Shown here in pieces: positions 51,301 to 64,000 of a DNA stretch of 64,000 nucleotides. Under the pieces are notes generated by a model. It saw only the letters and a program-made list of their open reading frames with translations, did no database searches and had not been told where the DNA came from. A program made the translations under genes and the position numbers. The stretch is from assembly GCA_051294905.1 (NCBI GenBank), contig CM119383.1:5270001-5334000 (forward strand), in the 5' to 3' direction. Numbering within the stretch: the stretch's first letter is position 1; each line of letters begins with the position of its first letter. The DNA comes from Botryllus schlosseri (Eukaryota).

Positions 51301-54300
51301 AGGCCGACCCGTTGTACGGTCCGCTTTCGTTTTAGGCTTTTTGTAAGTGGTCACGAACAACATACTTACGGAGTTGGATGATTTTCAGGATATGGCATAC
51401 AGCAGTGCACCATTTGGGCCACCACTAATTTCGATGTTTGCAATTGTACAGATATACCAGCAATGTGAATTTCTCAATGCAACCCGCCGTTTATTTAAAT
51501 TGCCGGATAACTTTCGGTCTAATATTTGTGTTTAGCAAGGGGCGACTATCAAAAGCCTTTTTGAAGACAGAAGACAAATACTGTCGTTCTTCTTTAGGAA
51601 TATATATTTGTTCACGGCAAATGGAGTTATTGAATACGAAAAAGTAGAACACAGCTGCTCTGTGTCCAGTGCATTCCATTCACGTATCATTTGTTTTTTT
51701 CATAGCTGAAGTCGGGTTTGTTTTTATCCGTGACCCTGGAATCTGAGGGATACGCTGCACTGGGAGGGACTCAACAACAGGTTGGTGAAATGATGTATCA
51801 ATAATTTCAAGCCCCTGACTGCCCCCTAACGGTCATCTCGAGACCAGCTAAATCAATGGGCCTCACCACACACGTACTTCACGAGCATTAGTTGCATCTG
51901 TAATCTGGATGTTAACCTGATATATGTCTTTGTAGAACGTACATGTTCTACAATTGGGCGCGTTTTTGCATTTGCGCCTTTTGAAAGTAAGGTATGGCAG
52001 GTGCAGAAGGAGCAGTCACGTATTTATTTATTTATATTTCAGACGTAATAATAGCGTCTAATTAATGGTTTTGTTGCTATGTGTTCCGTTCGCCGCATTA
52101 TGTACGGTTGTTGTCGGAAGTAATCGCGCGTGAAGTCATCATTACGTCAAATTATCCGACCGAGTTATTTACTCCCGATTTATTTGCTCTCCGAACTCCT
52201 ATTAATTGTATACGAGTCGAAATTCATGTATTACACGGCCAATCACATTATGCCTAGCGTCATTTAATGGTTGATGCTTCCACGTGAAAATTGTCATTCA
52301 CCACCGTGAACATATAGAAATATATGGAAATGAATTACGTACCATTATATTATCCAATGACGTAAACGATAAATTGAATATACCTTTTTGACCAGTGACT
52401 AGGCAGGCAGACATGGGCATTGCAGTCAGTCAGTCATTTATCGATGTTTTTATCCATTCATAAACGTCACAAGATTGCAATACAATGAAGGGATAGCAGG
52501 GTGTCGAAACCACTTGGAGTGGTCTTTTAATCAGACACCTACCTTGCAAGAAAGGTGTCCAGAGGATTTGACGGACTATAGCGTCAAATGGCTCGTTTAC
52601 GACACCACAGTCATTGTTTGTACAATGTCCATTGTACATGTGTTGTCGGCCCTAAGCTATACATGTAATGCGTATTATGTAGTATGACAAAACGGGGCGT
52701 TGGTAATTCGGGGGCAGATATAAATAATTAGATAATTAGGTTAGCTGTGTTGTGTATCCGTCATTTTGACCAAACCGTAGCGTACAACTGGCGTATAGTA
52801 CATTTCATTATTTATGTCCGCATGTTCAGATTGTTCACTTAAAACACGCAACGCGCATCGTTGATCACATTCTAATCGGTGTGGGATGATATGCTGTTGC
52901 GTTTACGCTCTTGGTGCAATGGTTAGGTAGGTTATGGAATGAGGCAGTTGACTGCGGGACCTTTAAAATTATATAAGTGACGTACATTTATCGCACAGGA
53001 TGATACGGAAGTCGCGAATATTTCTATGCGTTCATTATATACCTAGGAGTGACAGGATAATGTGGTTTGATCGGAATCGTTTGATTCATAGATAGCACGA
53101 TAAGGAGCCATTATCCATGCAAATTCTCAATATTATTACCGGCGTTTGAAAGTGTTAGATTTATCACTTCGTAATAGTACGTCTCCGTTATCTGTGTTAT
53201 TTACACTTCGACTTAAAACAGATAACGGTCACGCATTTGCACTTGACTTGGCTTATATCGAAGGGAGCTGTGCTGCATATAGCTGCCGTGCTGCTGTTCT
53301 CGATAGGGTATCTGATGCATGAGTCTGTCTTTCGCGATGAAGAATAATATTCTTGGGATCGTCATATCACATTTATGTTGTCATGAATGATTAGACGCGA
53401 CTGCATACCGTAGGCACTAGTAGGCAGTAAAACGCAATCTACGTGCCAATATGAGAAAGCAAACATTGAGGTATGACAATTCCCAGGAATTTCAATCCTT
53501 TTAACGCATTAAAACATCTTGTTCGTACGTGCGGTCTATTCGCTAAATATGCATATTGCAAACATTCGTAGTTCGCTGAATGTACTGTACGGCTACGCTG
53601 TGGACAGTAGGGCTCGGCAGCCGTTTTGGCTAACGGGCCGGATGAAGAAAGGTAGAAAAGTAGTCGGGTGAATCTGAGCAATTCTCAATCATGCAAATTT
53701 CATGAGCATGCTTCATTGAGCGTTCGTTTCTACGACTGGGTATTCGAAATTAGTATTTTGAAATTATGTTAATACGAACTGCGGACGGATTCAATAGCAT
53801 GGTTGATGTTGCTTGCACTGAAGTTCGTCGTAGAAATCTGCAAGATGTGATTCAAATGTGGAACACTGATTTGATTTGAATTAGAAGTATATTCTATGTC
53901 AAGCTGTTTTTGTTCTTGTTGCTAGTAAATATGGTGTCGCGACATTTGGGGTTATTTCACAGCAGGTCGACATTGATATTTATGATTCCTGAGCTGTCAT
54001 TGCGTCCAATGTTGATTGGATTTTTTGGGTTCAGAGTAGCTTTTATATTGCGAGCCCGATTTAGCAGCCGTGAACATAGTCTTTTGTGTTCTTGCCCTGC
54101 AGGACAGACTCTAGCAGCAGCTGCAGCGTCAATGATCACTGACAAGTGGCTTCTGCAATGATATATAACCAAGCGGAAGTGGGATTGTTGACTATCGCGT
54201 ATATACATACAAAATCTCTAAAACATGTTCGACCAGAATATGACTAGAGATGCAATACAATGCAATCGACGGTTGTTATTTTCATTCACTCAAGACACAC

Positions 54301-56114
54301 AATATAGGTTACATTGCGATACACAGGGTGTGACCGCTGTGACCAACCAAACTTTCAACAGTTGTGAGACACCAAACACTAGCGCGTCAGGGTCCGGGCT
54401 CACATTAGAATATGGCAGTAAAAGGTGCAGTAGGTTTCTGTATGTGACTATATTTATACTGGTTGCGTCGCGAGGAAAGCAGCAGGGTAATTATTATGTA
54501 TGTTAGTTTCGCAGTCACAATGTTTGGTTCGCCAGTCTCCACAGTTCTCGAGGACATGATTTGGGGTCGCAAAGAAAAAAGTTCATAACTGCTGTTTTCT
54601 GGTAGAAGTAAAAAGTCTCCAAGCTTTCATAACTGGTCTGGTAAATGTGGCATCCAATAGTAGTGATTTTCTGCGATAAGAATCCAAGGTGGTGAATGTA
54701 ATTGAGCGGCCCGAGTTGCTACGGCTAAATTTGAATGGTGCGATGTTATGTTATGTCGTATACGCCGCATCATCAACAGTAATTTCTGGTTTCGGTGGTA
54801 TCTCCCTCACTAATTAGAAGAGGTCGCTTATAGGTAATAGCAGCGACAGAACATTGTTAGTGTGCAAAAATACTTGCGTAACCCTGTATGAATCTAATGA
54901 AAGTATCGGTTGTAGTCGTGTTATTATTGTCCTTTAATTGACTAATCATAAGGCGCGATCTGCCGTCCGAAACTGTCTTGTACCTTGATTCGCTGCCATA
55001 TGTTTCAAGTAAATACCATTAGCTCGCGTTCATTTTCGTTTTCATGATTGCTTGAGAGAAGGATAATGCGTTACCGAGTCCAGTCGGATTTAACTGACAT
55101 TCAATCCCTCTTCATAATTTCATGCTTATCGAATATTGAAGCTATAACGATATCCGTTTAGTTCTCAAAACCGGATTGAATCCGACTCATTCAGCATGCT
55201 TACACAATCCAACCCAACCCACGCCTTTGGCTAACAAGGTGAAGCCGCAGACCCGATAATTGAATAGTCGAGGTCATCCTGTTCGTATAATGACGTCGTA
55301 CGATGCTGATATGGCAAATAGCGTTATTATGCGACGCAGAGATTACATGCAACTGAACCTCTCGTTTGGGTCCAGTGCTTGCTCATTTGCGGTTCCCAAT
55401 GATCGCTAAATCGGAACCTAGTGCGCCATGGAATGGTATGGTATGGTACAATACGACAGAATGTATCGTGGTCAGTTCTTTACCACGAAATAGGAAGCAT
55501 GTGTGAAGTTCCATTTATTTTTATATCTAAAATAATTAAAACTTCCGTGAAATGTCGCTGTATATAGGGAGTTCGTTCGCATCTACATTGTAGAGAGGTA
55601 TAGCCATATATCGCATTCCAAATTGGACCAAGTGCTTTTTAGTATCATATATTCCATTAATGAGTTGAGTTGCACATTGGGTCATACACCGTGTATGCGT
55701 GTTCTTGTGCGCTTAAAAATCAACAAATTGCATCATGGCCTGCTAGGCACAGAATCAACGTAATTTCTAAGACGGGGTATATGCTATTTGCCGAATACCA
55801 TCAATTCAAGGCGTAGCTCTGATAGAAATATTTTTTGGGAGGAGGGCATCTTTTTTTAACGAATTCATGACGCCATGACGTATATCCATTACGACGTGGT
55901 GAAAATGAGTAACGTCACAATGTTCAAGTCGGGAATTTAGAGGTGGCATATTGGCGCTTTTCAGCCCCTGGTTACCCCTGCATATTTATATATATATAAT
56001 TATATTTCGCCAATATATATCTTTCGAATATTTCTACGCTGCAAAACGCCGCGAAACACTGGAAAAAATAAGACCGGCAGCAAATGCATAAACGAATGTT
56101 TTCGTCGCATATAG

Positions 56115-56120
56115 TTTATT
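56115..56120 (-). other. Candidate polyadenylation signal of gene D
   Basis: TTTATT on + (AATAAA on -), ~610 nt after the stop codon. Confidence 0.3.
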
Positions 56121-56728
56121 GCACTGTGAATATAAAAAACAGGATGGACAATAATATAAATACTGGAAATTTAATAAAAACGAATATTTAAAGTGCACGT
56201 CATGTGACGGCTGTTGATTTTATGGAGATCGACAGGATTAATATTTTTTCTTCTGCAGGATGACCATTGATCAAGCTGCATCAGGCGTATCGTAACATGC
56301 AGCTCTCGTTCGCCCAGCAACTTGCATAGCCTTACAATTAGTAAGTTTCAAATATTTGTGGAATAAATTAATAGGGTACTAGCAGATCAATGAAGAACAA
56401 TTAATGTTCAACCGACAACTTACACACAACGTCATAATTTCGAAATAGAAGAGTTTTATCGAAATGTCTCAAGTTATTTTCCCATATTTTATCTTGAACA
56501 TGACGCTGTAGGGTCTAATAGCTAACCAAGTTGCTGGGACCGTGTGGACTTCGATTTCCAATCCCGACCATCGCTGGTTATCTACATAAATTTCAGCTAA
56601 CCATGAGGATGCTTATCAGCGTTCGGTAGACGATGCAGTGTGAAAGCTTGGGAACAGAATATTCTGAGTGTGACAGCTCGCGGCAGAAATGTAGATGCTT
56701 ATCAAGGAACTTCACAGTTTGATAGATG

Positions 56729-59700
56729 TCAAAGGCAAATATGCTTGACAACAGTCCGTTTACATTTTTCGCATCGCACCCTGCAGCACCATTGAAATTT
56801 GCAGCGACACTTCTCGACAACCTCCACCTTCCTGCTTTCGAAGCCTCTGCCGCAGCACAAGAGTCCACAGCCGTTCGGATCGGTTGAGTCCTTATCGCAC
56901 TCTCGACCCGTCGTCCCTGGCACGCCTGTTCTCGGATTTGGTCTGCAGTAGTCTGGCGAGGCTTCGATGTATATAAGATCCGTCGATGTGGGACTACCTT
57001 TCCTTGGCCTCCTCGGTCGCAAATGTCCTTTTGTGTTTCTTTTCATTTCGAATGCCTTGGCGTGATTTTCGCGTAGTGTTTTGCCAACTTTTTTGAAATC
57101 TGGCACCTGGGACCAGCATGTTTTCATGCTGCACGATCCAGATAGTCCATTGCAGCGACAAGACGGTTTTGTCCCTCTAACGACCACCTAAACATTGACA
57201 CGAAATGTTTATCAACTTTCTTATACGTTTCTCAAAACATGAAATGCATGCTCTTACAATATGATGCTGTAATTCACCTGATTGTCCCATCAAATCTCTT
57301 TGGACATTATAGGCGTGTAGTCACATCAATTGAGGAGTGCCTTGGGTTTAAATTGAGGGGGCGGGGTGCTAAAACACGCCGGCTACGCGAGTCGCTATCA
57401 CGCACATGCGGATTTGTGACTATATCATTGAAATGAAAAATCACAAAAGTATACAATATCCCTTCCGTCGATCGAAATACAACATTGTGCTAGGTTAAGA
57501 CCTCCTCTTTCGCAAGATTATCTTTGCCGGTCTATTTGCAGTAGGGGTGTATTTTGTCAATGTCCTCACTCGTCCGCATCTTCTGAAAGACCGTGACTAA
57601 GTGGACTTAACGTAAAGCCGTTAATCCTACTTTGGCACTCTGGTTCACTTGGGTTAGTATCTTAAAGCTTTGCTCAAGAATGCTTTGCGACAGGAAGTTA
57701 TTAAAACCTTTCCGTATTCCTATGACGAGAACGGCATTCAAATATCACGTGTATTTCTTTACTTGTCCAGCTTCTCTATAGTACTGAAAATCAGATCGGA
57801 AACACTCAGATTTTCACGCCGCACTGCCTTCCACTTGTGTTGAGGAAGTGGATGCTGGCAAACGTATACGATGACGTATCACTTGAAAGAAGTCATCGAC
57901 TTTGTTTTGATAGATTTAGAACCTCGTATCCTTCATTCATTCAACTCAACAGGTTGCATTATAATGATATTAGCGGTGCAGTTTCACGGGTTATAATAGT
58001 TTCAAGGAGTTCCTCGTATATAGCGAATACTGGTAGTGACGATCAATGTTGCTACCGAAGTGGTCTTGTTACGAGGTACACTCAAATCATCGCGAGGGAA
58101 CAATTTGTATAACTTCCACCCCAGAAAATTATAGCACTGCCTTATTGGAAATGATGACACAATCCAGATGTTCGAGTTCTTTTCATGACGAATGACCAAT
58201 TGACCATGCTTAACATTCAATTTGGCACCATTTTGTTTCTTGTTTCTGTGTTGTCGCGTTATCTGCATATGGTACGAAGCTAGTGAGACCCTCAGTGTCC
58301 CACAAATATTTATGAATCACAAAGGACGTTCAAGTTTTTTTAAGTGAATGTGTGTTTTGTTCATGTCAATCCTCGGCTGCCGATCTCAATCGCCAAACGT
58401 ATTGTAGGACGCAAAGCTAGAATAAAGTCGAGCGTCTGAGACGCAACTTGGCAAGTCTCAAATTCCACGAAATGCGAAATGTATTATCTCAATCTAATAC
58501 AGCGTGAGTAAATGTATGCTCATTGCTCAGAATTCTGGGCTATAATTTTCTACTAATCAATGGAAGTAGATTTTCTTAATACTGAGACTGTAATTGTTTT
58601 TTCGAGATCATAATAATAGAACAGAAAAACGGAAAGATTAAGTTTCAGAATCTTAGCCACTTTGATATTGGCTACAGGCACCACGTATGTTTAAATGTTT
58701 GGAATGCCCGATTCTCCAGCATATTACGTCAGCACGGAATGAGTACGTAACGGCCTATTTCTGCTGGATAGATCTGATCTGTCAACTTCACGTCATAGTA
58801 GTCCGATAAAAGCGATGACAGTCGCCATGGCTCTGAAATCAACCAAGAACTACTATTACAACAAGTACGGTTATAATTGACGTGTGTTATGACTGCGTGA
58901 CTTATTGGCAAGGGGTTCATATCCTCCGTAAAAGATTGGCGATGTCACACATCCGCAAGACGGGTTAGAAGTCGACGCAAGTTAGTGGATATCTTTCTGT
59001 AAAGCGTTGTATTAATATACTGCGAATTCACATCCCCTAAATTACATGATGAAGGGCGCATTCATCAGTTCTTACCATTCTTCCAGCTTCGTTGTTGTGG
59101 AGATTCATCGCCTTTCTTGCTCTATCTTTGCTGCGTTTTGGTGACAGGTTGTCCCGTTCGATTGCGTCCACAAATTCTTTGGCAAAGCCGTAGGCATATT
59201 TCGTGTTATCGCCACATCCACCCCACTCCTAAACAAATCGTGATCATGGCAGAATATATACGTACACATATAAAGCGGCGGGGACGTGAGATGAGCAGAA
59301 ATTGTCGATTAACCCTTGCAGGGGTGTTCAACTTTTCTGCTATTACCGGCAGCATTTCGCTTATATATACTGTGTACGGCCTCATTTCAGCGGACAGTCG
59401 CAATGGCCCACCTGGACGCCAAATACCCATGCTATATCAACAAATGGAGTACTTCGCCTCGTAGAAAGCCCTCGCAGTGTTCTATGCCATTACTGTTTTC
59501 TTGTGAAATATCTTGCGCATGAAAGTTTGTAATGTAGAAGTAGAACGCCGCCACAGACTTACTACTCGAACCGAAATCGCGAGAATACATGCTGTGGAAG
59601 ATAGGAATCGTCGTCTAGTCGCGCCGAGCGCGAAAAATTTTCGACTTCGTGAATAAATATCGTATATATACTGTATAATATTGGTAGTTGCGCAAATGCG

Positions 59701-62537
59701 CAATGCACATATCACTATAAAATACTCTCCTCTCTCAGCCCACGGATCAGATTTACATGTGGAGCTGATGGAGCGGTGTCTTTTTTGAATTTCGGATTCA
59801 AAATTTATGATGAATGAATCCTATTCGGGTTGCTATTTTCACTTTGTTGCATGTCGTCATTTCTGGACATCCCTTCAAGAACCGTCGGTCAAGTCAAAAT
59901 TTATATTGGACTCGCACAAACGTACCAGTAAAACATTCATTCGTGAGACACACCTGATTCCAAATTTGTATTTCATTATTCGGATAGCAATTACCGGGCC
60001 TACGATAATTACCTATGCGGCTAGAAATTGTATACGGTGGGTATCAGATTGCAAGTACACTACTATATTAAAAATAAAAAATGTAATCAACCTAAATCAC
60101 GGCAACCACGAAAATTTTTTTTAGTTGAATTATTATAATCTCTCAAAACTTAAGGATTCAATTCTTTTGCCCTTCGCCAACACACGCTAATTTAACTAAT
60201 GTGTAGATTGACGCATAATTTTTGTTTCAATGCCGCAGGTCGGCCACCCCTGTCTTATAGCGTGGACAGTGAATAGATATAGTAGTCAAATTTGGTAAAC
60301 TTACCCAGTCTCGATCCAATCCTTCCGGGCGCTCATTCGCACTGCACCCGCACATTGGGAAGGCATCGGTCTTGCACGCTCTCGCTACCTCGTGGACAAC
60401 ACCGGCCGATGCGATTGCGTAGGCGAAAGCTACTTCTTTGCTGCCTGTTATGCATGTATTCGTCATAACAATTCGGTAATCTCCATTTCCAAATCATGAT
60501 CCAGAACCTACCTATCTCAAGAACCTTCCCGAACACGGTACTATCTTCCACAGTCGAGCAATTCCACCGGTGTGACTTAAACTGACTTTGACACTCGTTA
60601 ATTCCAGTCATTGCCCCTTTCCGCACGTACGTCATGTGACTGTAATATCTCTTGCACAAAGCTTTCTGATTCCTTGATAAGCCTTTCATGATGTCGCACA
60701 GCGTGATCAGCTCAGCACCGAGAGCCTCGACGTCATTGCGTTGTGCAAATGACCTGAAATTACATGGTAAGCCTTGAAGATAAAAAAAAATTGTCTACGT
60801 TCTCTATCGTCACGGTATATGTGCGAAGCATAGATATACCAAATTAGTTAACAGAATGTCAGAGCGAAGGAATGGAATACTGTGTTTATAATTACCACCA
60901 AGATAACCTGTATATAAATTATGATACCTGATTTATGGTGTGATTGGTAAATTATCATATATTCGATCAAATTCCTTCTGATGTATAGCTATAATTCGCA
61001 CAAACACCTTCTAAAGCTTCTGGACAGCTTGTCGCACATATTAGTCGAAAGTATAAAGCTGCTTTTAGCAAAGAAAAATCGAAATTTTGTGGCGTTAACA
61101 CATTTCGAAAATTCCGCCTCTTTTGGCGGCGAATTAACTATTTTAATCTACTTAAAGTTTGATGATGGGACTCATTATATGAAACGCACAGCACGATGCT
61201 TTCTGACTTACGTATGCTTATAATTTTTGTATGGATTTCGCTCGCAAATAACGGTACTGGATGATCTGTCACTTGGAACCGCACATATAAAATAGCAAGC
61301 CTGTAGTTTTGTCACACGCACGACCCTGTTGCTGACGATAACATGTGGCGAAGCACTATTGCAAAAACCCCGGCTTCAACGGGTAGGCCTGGAGTTTGGT
61401 TATTGCGACCGAACATTTCAGATGTCAAAAATTGCATTGTTGAAATGTGCAAAATGGTTGGGAGAGCACGGACTAAAATGCCAACACGTGCATGGTGCAT
61501 TATGGTAGTCATTAACCGGTTCTACACAATTTTATCAATATCACGACCTCAAAAGCGAGTCCAAATTTACGTGTACATGACTTCCCCTCGTGATCAATCG
61601 ATGCGAATTTGTATTTGAGTCACACTGACCCCGCTTTGAAGTGAGCGAATATCGTGTTGCATTTGCTCTTGCACTTTGTCACGGCGAGCCGTAAACTATC
61701 CAGTTTACGACATCATATTTCAGCGATTATCGAAGACCTTTTGCTAGTGACTTGATCGTGAATGATGCACTGATGTAATCGAAAGTAATTGTATGATAAG
61801 TGTTCTTATGCCGCGCGACTTCGGGTTGAATATGCCAAGTATGGTTGTTTAGAGCTGTGCTTGTCGACAGATATCATTTTCTTAATACACTAACTCGCGT
61901 GAGTCGAATATTGAGGCGCACGATCGCAGTTCATAATGCCTGATAAAATGTGTTTTGAGGTTAAGTTATTATGAAGGCACAATTCAGAAGCTTATGTCTA
62001 CACGGAGCGACATTAATCAAACGTATAGGTCGTCGAAAAGATGGATTTATCCATGTTTCGATGGTTGTGCGCATCACGCATTGCGTTGGATACGGCGTCA
62101 CGTTAAATACAAATGTGACATTGACATGAAACAGCTCTGAACGACACAGTTACATTTTTTTGTAAATTACAAGTATGCAACATGTATGGCCCAAGCACTC
62201 AGTTTCTCTAGTCGACATTCAATATTTACCGCGGGCATGTATACTTGTATAGGCGTAACCTTGATGAATTTTGCTAGGGTCACAATGTACAGTGTGCACG
62301 TCGAAAATCTTGGGATAAGCGATCATTCGCTGCACCTACCATACAAGACAGCGGAAATGAGTTAACATTGAAAACGATATACGTAATAAATACGTTGGCA
62401 GATACACCTCAATAGTACCGCTATAGTATTGTAGAAATAAGCGATACTTACCACCAATGACAGTTAACCTCGTCCGTTGTAAGAAGCAATGTCGACACTA
62501 CCAATAGAACTCTCAAATTCGACGAAAGATAGTACAT
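56729..62537 (-). CDS. Wnt5: Wnt5-like gene D, 359 aa: complement(join(62537..62452,60753..60512,60444..60305,59228..59076,57187..56729))
   Basis: GT-AG introns (1698, 67, 1076, 1888 nt) with the same positions and phases as B and C; exons sum to 1080 nt. Signal [29 protein letters not shown], then [62 protein letters not shown]. 24 Cys in the mature region. Confidence 0.93.
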
Positions 62538-63097
62538 GCTGTATAACTTGTCTACGTGGATCCGTGATGCGATATACAGACTTAGAAAAGCTCGCTGGTC
62601 AAACATCAAATAAATTGTTACCGGTTGTACCTAATTGTATGACCTGAGTCGCAATTACGTCACGTTGGCCTTGCAATCGCAACTTACAATGACAAATTGG
62701 ATAATTCGTTGCTAATAGTCGGAGATGGTATATAGTTATGTACGGCACTTAATTTCTGCTAATTAACTTGTCCGTTCCTTTGACCGAAGTATCCAAACAT
62801 TTTATGCATTCCTGTCGTGTCTTTCCTGCCACCTGCCTTACACGAAACTATATAGTCTGCAACGCAATCATCCTGGTTGGAAATGGTCGCACGGCAATAT
62901 CGGACTAATATGTCTTCCTGTGCGATTTATCTTGGCGAATAGCAATTTCACTCATCATGCGGAATTACGAGCGATTAAATTCAGTGTGTAGCTTCTAAAG
63001 CATTACGAATCGAATAATCGGATGAAGATTTAAAACTGCTTTACCTGGAATTATTCCCAGTATATTTCGTACACTTCCAAGTATAATCTTACTGTCT

Positions 63098-63350
63098 TTA
63101 CGGATCCACCGTAATATCGACGAGTATGTAAAGGCGTTGGCTATTCGAAGTACGTTTATGCGGTGAGCACCTTGTAAAATGTACCCCCAGATTTGCGATG
63201 AATTCTCTTCTATTTCGGGGAGTTTTACCGGCGATTTGACCTGAGTTTGACTTCTTCCCGCGTCTGTCTCGCGATTCTAGAAATACCGCCATTCGTTCGA
63301 TCGCATTTGTTCGCCGGCCCAAACCGGCAATTTCCTTCTTTGAGAAGCGT
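63098..63350 (-). mobile_element. Possible degenerate LTR-retrotransposon integrase remnant
   Basis: RREFIANLGVHFTRCSPHKRTSNSQ loosely resembles the Gypsy integrase core F..F...GI.H....PYHPQSNG. Short, with no LTRs seen. Confidence 0.25.
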
Positions 63351-64000
63351 GTGAATTTGAAGAAATTAATTCTTAAATCAGGTGTCGCCTATCGTTCGGA
63401 CATCTCAATTTGTGGAGACGACACGCCCAGTGACATAGGTAACTTGTCATTACTAGCACGAGACCACGGCAATGATTATTGGTGTATTTGGTGTTTCTGC
63501 ACAGGTGCCAAAAACAAGTCGTTCTAATTAGAGATGTATACAGGTATTTGTACGATTTTTCTGATACAATGGAAAGGTATCACTTACACTCTTATTACTC
63601 TCACAGCTTTTATATTTACGTTTCTTTTTCCTCATTTATATTCGCGTCAATAAAATCTCCAAATAATCGTATCCTACTATAACAAAATACTTAATTACAG
63701 TCAACAATATTGATTCATCGTTAGCGATCCGACCATCCGAATAAGCATAAGTGTCGGTTGAAAATAAGCAACTTATTTACGTTATTGTTTATGCATATAC
63801 ATTGGCCACTGATTCCGCCCGAACCCGGGAGTAATCATATTGAAAATATTAATGAGTGAAAACTGGTGTCCCTCAGGTAAAGCTACCGTGTAACACTCGC
63901 TGGAATGTCTGTGGAGTGTAACGCGTAAAATTATGTTCATTGTTCAATGTTTAGCACTGACGAATATCATATTTCCCAGTTTTTACCTTGATTATATTTG

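Overview
This is eukaryotic, AT-rich animal DNA, not a prokaryotic window. It holds a cluster of four intron-containing Wnt5-like genes, called A-D here. A is on - (first two coding exons only; the rest lies left of the window), B is on + (complete, 352 aa), and C and D are on - (complete, 361 aa and 359 aa). I assembled the exons by hand from GT-AG sites. Each gene has a signal-peptide exon ending ..W|W, and B, C and D each keep 24 mature-region cysteines and the acylation serine. Tandem Wnt5 expansions are known from stolidobranch ascidians, so that is the likeliest source, but this is inference. The paralogs carry striking changes in near-invariant Wnt motifs: WGGCxDN becomes WDGCGDD in B and WEGCRED in C, CKCHG becomes CRCNG in D, and the linkers are basic. 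The non-coding DNA is dense in non-autonomous DNA transposons. These include several hAT-type elements with 8-bp target-site duplications (TSDs), two of them nested, a 615-bp near-perfect palindrome, and a 2.1-kb foldback element with ~630-bp terminal inverted repeats (TIRs) and a 7-bp TSD (P/Galileo-like) plus a deleted derivative. I found no other intact gene, RNA gene or CRISPR array. All motif scans and alignments were done by eye.
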